Source: a bacterium
GTDB taxonomy: Bacteria; JADJOY01
Length of the DNA: 59,392 bases
Direction: 5' to 3'
Assembly: GCA_046331705.1 (NCBI GenBank)
Contig: JAXLQJ010000006.1
Location: forward strand, 186,001 to 245,392
Shown here: piece by piece, positions 55,786 through 59,392 of the stretch
Numbering within the stretch: the stretch's first letter is position 1
How the letters are laid out: each line of letters starts with the position of its first letter
Program-made: the position numbers and the translations under genes
The notes under the pieces: generated by a model
Database searches by the model: none
Told to the model about the DNA's origin: nothing
The model's input: the letters and a program-made list of their open reading frames with translations, nothing else

Positions 55786-57351
55786 TCAAGCAGCGGTCGG
55801 CGCCGTCGCGCTCGCGCGCCGGGGCGGCGGAGGCGGGCCGGGACGTCCGGCACGGGCGGGAGCGCGGCGACCGAGCAGGCGGGGCGCGCCGTAGCTCAGG
55901 TAGCGCCGCAGGCTGCGCCGCAGCTCGACGGTGTTCTTGGCGCGGCGATCGAGGAGGGCGCCGAGGTTCATCAGCGCCTGGTTGAGGAACATCGATCCCG
56001 GCAGCCAGCGCACCACGCGGTGCGACGCGAGCCGGTCGATCCAGCCGCGCGGCAAGAGCACCGCGAGCACCAGCAAGAGCTGGTAGCGGGCGGCCGCGGC
56101 GTCGAAGGTGTCGCCGCCCCACATGAAGGGGCGCAGCGTCTCGCCGCGGTTGATGCGCGCCACGTCCGCGGCATCGAGGACGCCGTCCCGGATGGCGAAG
56201 TCCACCATCTCGACTCCGGGCAGGAACGACAGGAAGAAGTTGTTGATGCGGCTCGGCGGGTGGCGGTTCAGGAACCGCGCGAGCTCGAGCCAGGTATCCG
56301 CTTGCTCGCCCGGCAGGCCGAACATGAGGTCCGAGGTGACGCGGATGCCGTGGTCGCCGAGCGCGTCCAGGATGCGCGCCGTCCGCTCGTTGCGCTCGTT
56401 GCGCAAGAGCAGGTTGCGACGGATCTCCTCGTCGAAGCTCTGCAGCCCGACCTCGACCTCGACGCAGCCTGCGGCCGCGAGCGCTTCGATGAGCCGTTCG
56501 TCGGCGATCCGTGGATCGATCAGCGCCCAGAAGGGGAGACGGATCTCGCGCGCATAGGCGGCGAGCAACTCGAACGTCTGCGCGCGCTCGACGCCGAACA
56601 CGTCGTCCACGAAGCGCACGAAGCGTACGCCGCGAACGTCGCGCGCCCAGCGCAGCTCGGCCAGCACGTCGTCGTTGTCGCGCTGCCAGACCGCGCGGCG
56701 CTCGTAGAGTCGATTCAAGAGGTTGTGGAAGCAGAAGCTACAGCGGTACGGGCAACCGCGGCCGATCGCGGTCACGTAGTCGGCGTCGAAGAGCGAGCTC
56801 ACCTCGCCGTAGAGGTCCTTGTCGGGCCACGGCAGCGTCGCGGCGCCCTCGAAGGGCTCGCGCATCTCGGCGTGCTCGGTGTGGCCGCCGCGGCCTCGCC
56901 ACCACAGGTTGGCGATGCCCGCCGGGTCGCGTCCCGCGGCGAGCGCCTCGCAGAGCTCGAGCATCGGTAGCTCGCCGTAGCCCTTCACGGCGAAGCTCAC
57001 CTCGGGCAGCTCCATCGTCTCGGGCGTCGCGCTGGTCACGTGGGAGCCACCGACGACCAACGGCGTGCCCGGCAATCGTGCCTGCACCCGTCCGGCGATG
57101 GCGCGGGTGAATCCCAGATCGCAGGTCATGACGCTCGCCGCGAGCAGGTCGGGCTGCCACGCGACGATGTCGTCGACCAGGAAGTCGTCGTACGCGAAGC
57201 GCCGCGCCAGCCGCGGCAGGAAGAAGAGCTCGTCGGCGAAGAGCCGCGGCTCGAGGAAGAGCCGCACCTGGTGTCCGGCGCGCTTCAGCACCGCGGACAG
57301 GTACTCGATCCCCAGCAGCTCGTAGCCGCGCTGGACGAAGGCGATCTTCAT
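55786..57351 (-). CDS. B12-binding domain radical SAM protein
   Basis: MKIAFVQRGYELLGIEYLSA, GGSHVT, GRGCPYRCSFC, DDVF, MFGLPGE. Confidence 0.92.
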   Translation of the reverse strand: MKIAFVQRGYELLGIEYLSAVLKRAGHQVRLFLEPRLFADELFFLPRLARRFAYDDFLVDDIVAWQPDLLAASVMTCDLGFTRAIAGRVQARLPGTPLVVGGSHVTSATPETMELPEVSFAVKGYGELPMLELCEALAAGRDPAGIANLWWRGRGGHTEHAEMREPFEGAATLPWPDKDLYGEVSSLFDADYVTAIGRGCPYRCSFCFHNLLNRLYERRAVWQRDNDDVLAELRWARDVRGVRFVRFVDDVFGVERAQTFELLAAYAREIRLPFWALIDPRIADERLIEALAAAGCVEVEVGLQSFDEEIRRNLLLRNERNERTARILDALGDHGIRVTSDLMFGLPGEQADTWLELARFLNRHPPSRINNFFLSFLPGVEMVDFAIRDGVLDAADVARINRGETLRPFMWGGDTFDAAAARYQLLLVLAVLLPRGWIDRLASHRVVRWLPGSMFLNQALMNLGALLDRRAKNTVELRRSLRRYLSYGAPRLLGRRAPARAGRPGPPPPPRRASATAPTAA

Positions 57352-58988
57352 GCGCTTCGCGGCTCTCGTCCGCCCGCGGGCACGAGCGGGGATTCGGCGG
57401 CGCGCGGCGCGAGGCCGATCCAGCGCTGCACCCGGCGGGTCACGTAGTGGCGGTAGCGAGCCTGGACGTGGCGGCTGTAGAGGTCGTTCTTGGGCTGGCG
57501 CGTCAGGTAGCTGAGCCCGTAGTGGGCCGCGTAGGTGAAGAAGTGGCCGAGATAGGGCAGGTACGCGTAGAGGCGGCGCTCGATCATCGTCTCGATCACG
57601 CGCGCGGGCAGGAAGTTCATGAGGAACACCTGCATCTGGAACTGCTCGGCGAGGCGGCTCTCGCCCCAGCCGCCGCGGATCAGCCCCTTCACGCCGTCCC
57701 CTGCGGCGATGCGCTCCGCGTGCGCGGCGTCGATGAACCCTTCGCGCGTCGCGTACCGATAGATGTCGGTGTTCGGGAAGATGTCCATCCAGAACGTGTT
57801 GACGCGGGTGGGGTTCGCCTCGAGGAAGAATCGCACCATGTCGCGGAGCTCGTCCTCGCTCTGTCCCGGGACGTTCAAGATGTAGTCGGTGCTGACCCGC
57901 AAGCCGCGCTCGCGAAAGAGGCGGATGGTGCGCGCGACGTCGGCGGTGTCCTCGGTGCGCTGGATCACCTCGGCGCGCACCCGGGGGTCGAGGGTCTGGA
58001 CCCCCATCTCCACCTCGGCGCAGCCGGCGCGGGCGAGCGAGTCGGCCACCTCGGGGGTGACGCTGTCCGGGGTCACGAAGCACCAGAACGGAATCCCCAC
58101 GGCGCGCGGGTACTTGTCGGCGAACTCGGCGAGCCAGGCGGGGTTGAAGCTGAACGTGTCGTCGCTGAAGCGGATCATGCAGGGCTCGACGTTCGCCTTG
58201 GCCCATTTGAGCTCGGCGATGACGTCGTCGACGGGCCGCCGCCGGTAAAACCGCCCGCCGCCCACGCCGTAGAGATTGCGGTAGACGTGCGGATAGCAAT
58301 ACGAGCAGCTGTGGATGCAGCCGCGCGAGGTGACGGTGAAGTAGCCGATGCGGAAGAAGTCGTGCTGGTCGTAGTAGAGGTCCTTGAGCGGCCAGCCGAA
58401 GCGGGCGACGTCGGTCTCGAGCGGAGCGAGCGCGTTGCGATGCGTCTCGCCGGTCTGGGGATCGAGCCACACCACGTTCGGTGCGCCGCGCAGGTCCTCG
58501 CCGGCGGCGATGCGATCGGCCATCGCGAGGAACGCCCACTCGCCCTCGCCGACCACCACCGCGTCGATGCCGGTGCGCCGGATGGTCTCGACGGGCGCCG
58601 AGGACGGATGGTTGCCCCCGAAGACGATGGGCGCCGAGGTGCGCGCGCGCACTCGTGCCACGAGATCGGTGGCCCAATCCATGTTGCGCGACAGCACCGA
58701 GAACGCCACCAGGTCCGGCTCGAACCCCGCGATCCGGTCGGCGACCTCGTCGCCGTGGTGGAAGAGTCGCGCCAGCCAGGGGCTGCCGAGGAACGAGTCG
58801 TTGAAGAGCTGCGGATCGTAGGCGAGCGCCACCTCGTGCCCGCCCTCGCGAAGCACGCGCCCCAGGAACTCGACCGACAGGTACTCGAACGCGGGCGCGA
58901 CCAGCATCACGCGTGCCCGCGGGCTTCCGCGTCCGCGCGGGAACCGAGGCGTGCTCGCGCGCGGCTCGCTCGCAGCGAGCGTGGTCAC
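57348..58988 (-). CDS. B12-binding domain radical SAM protein
   Basis: FEYLSVEFL, FGGNHPS, GEGE, TSRGCIHSCSYC, DDTF. GTGA/ATGA coupling at both ends. Confidence 0.9.
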   Translation of the reverse strand: MTTLAASEPRASTPRFPRGRGSPRARVMLVAPAFEYLSVEFLGRVLREGGHEVALAYDPQLFNDSFLGSPWLARLFHHGDEVADRIAGFEPDLVAFSVLSRNMDWATDLVARVRARTSAPIVFGGNHPSSAPVETIRRTGIDAVVVGEGEWAFLAMADRIAAGEDLRGAPNVVWLDPQTGETHRNALAPLETDVARFGWPLKDLYYDQHDFFRIGYFTVTSRGCIHSCSYCYPHVYRNLYGVGGGRFYRRRPVDDVIAELKWAKANVEPCMIRFSDDTFSFNPAWLAEFADKYPRAVGIPFWCFVTPDSVTPEVADSLARAGCAEVEMGVQTLDPRVRAEVIQRTEDTADVARTIRLFRERGLRVSTDYILNVPGQSEDELRDMVRFFLEANPTRVNTFWMDIFPNTDIYRYATREGFIDAAHAERIAAGDGVKGLIRGGWGESRLAEQFQMQVFLMNFLPARVIETMIERRLYAYLPYLGHFFTYAAHYGLSYLTRQPKNDLYSRHVQARYRHYVTRRVQRWIGLAPRAAESPLVPAGGREPRSA

Positions 58989-59392
58989 GTGGGCACCGGG
59001 CGAAGCCCCGCCCACGCCACGCGCGCGAGCTTGCCGGCGATGTAGCCGATCCTTCCCAGCACGATCCGCAACTGTCCCAGGTGCTTGAGCTCGCTCGCGA
59101 TGCCGAGGAGGATGTGGGCGCGCAGGTAGAACGACAGGAACGCCTTCAAGTCGTAGCGCCGCAGGTCCTTCGCTGGAATCTGTCCGGGCACGTCGATGAC
59201 GTTGAGCACACCCATGCGCTCGTAGTCGGCGGGGGCGAGGCCGCTCGCGGCGAGCGCCCGCTCGTTCGGCTCCGCGCCGGGCCACGGCATGTAGGTGAGG
59301 AACGAGCAGAAGCTGAGCGGCAGCGCCTGAACCATGCGGATGGTCGCGTCGATCTCCTCCGGCGTCTCGCCGGGGTAGCCGAGCATCACGAG
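58985..59392 (-). CDS. Radical SAM protein C-terminal part (likely B12-dependent; truncated by window edge)
   Basis: MLGYPGETPEEI, YMPWPG and AFLSFYLR match the C-termini of the neighbouring radical SAM proteins. Confidence 0.7.
   Translation of the reverse strand, partial: LVMLGYPGETPEEIDATIRMVQALPLSFCSFLTYMPWPGAEPNERALAASGLAPADYERMGVLNVIDVPGQIPAKDLRRYDLKAFLSFYLRAHILLGIASELKHLGQLRIVLGRIGYIAGKLARVAWAGLRPVPT

Overview
This is a very GC-rich bacterial window (Myxococcota/Binatia-like by gene style; inference) with about 42 CDSs. I found no rRNA, tRNA or CRISPR array. It opens with a 3-beta-HSD-like/GMC oxidoreductase/aldehyde dehydrogenase run. A large cell-envelope modification region follows: eight cobalamin-dependent radical SAM genes (one partial), three SGNH hydrolases, three GT-C/YfhO-like membrane proteins, GDP-mannose pathway genes (pmm/pgm, gmd, a type II PMI cupin) and an LVIVD-repeat protein. 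The centre (28.8-44.4 kb) holds four paralogous membrane-anchored pentaheme c-type cytochromes. Three of them carry conserved Hx17H/Hx13H transmembrane histidine pairs. They are arranged with a duplicated pair of genes: a YncE-like beta-propeller and a His-rich membrane domain fused to DUF1566. The second copy of this module is interrupted by an RHS/YD fragment and an HUH (RAYT/Y1-like) transposase. The transposase is flanked on both sides by short tandem arrays that share an inverted palindromic core. Two protease homologues with substituted catalytic residues flank the pmm/gmd genes. All calls come from motif reading only; no database searches were run.
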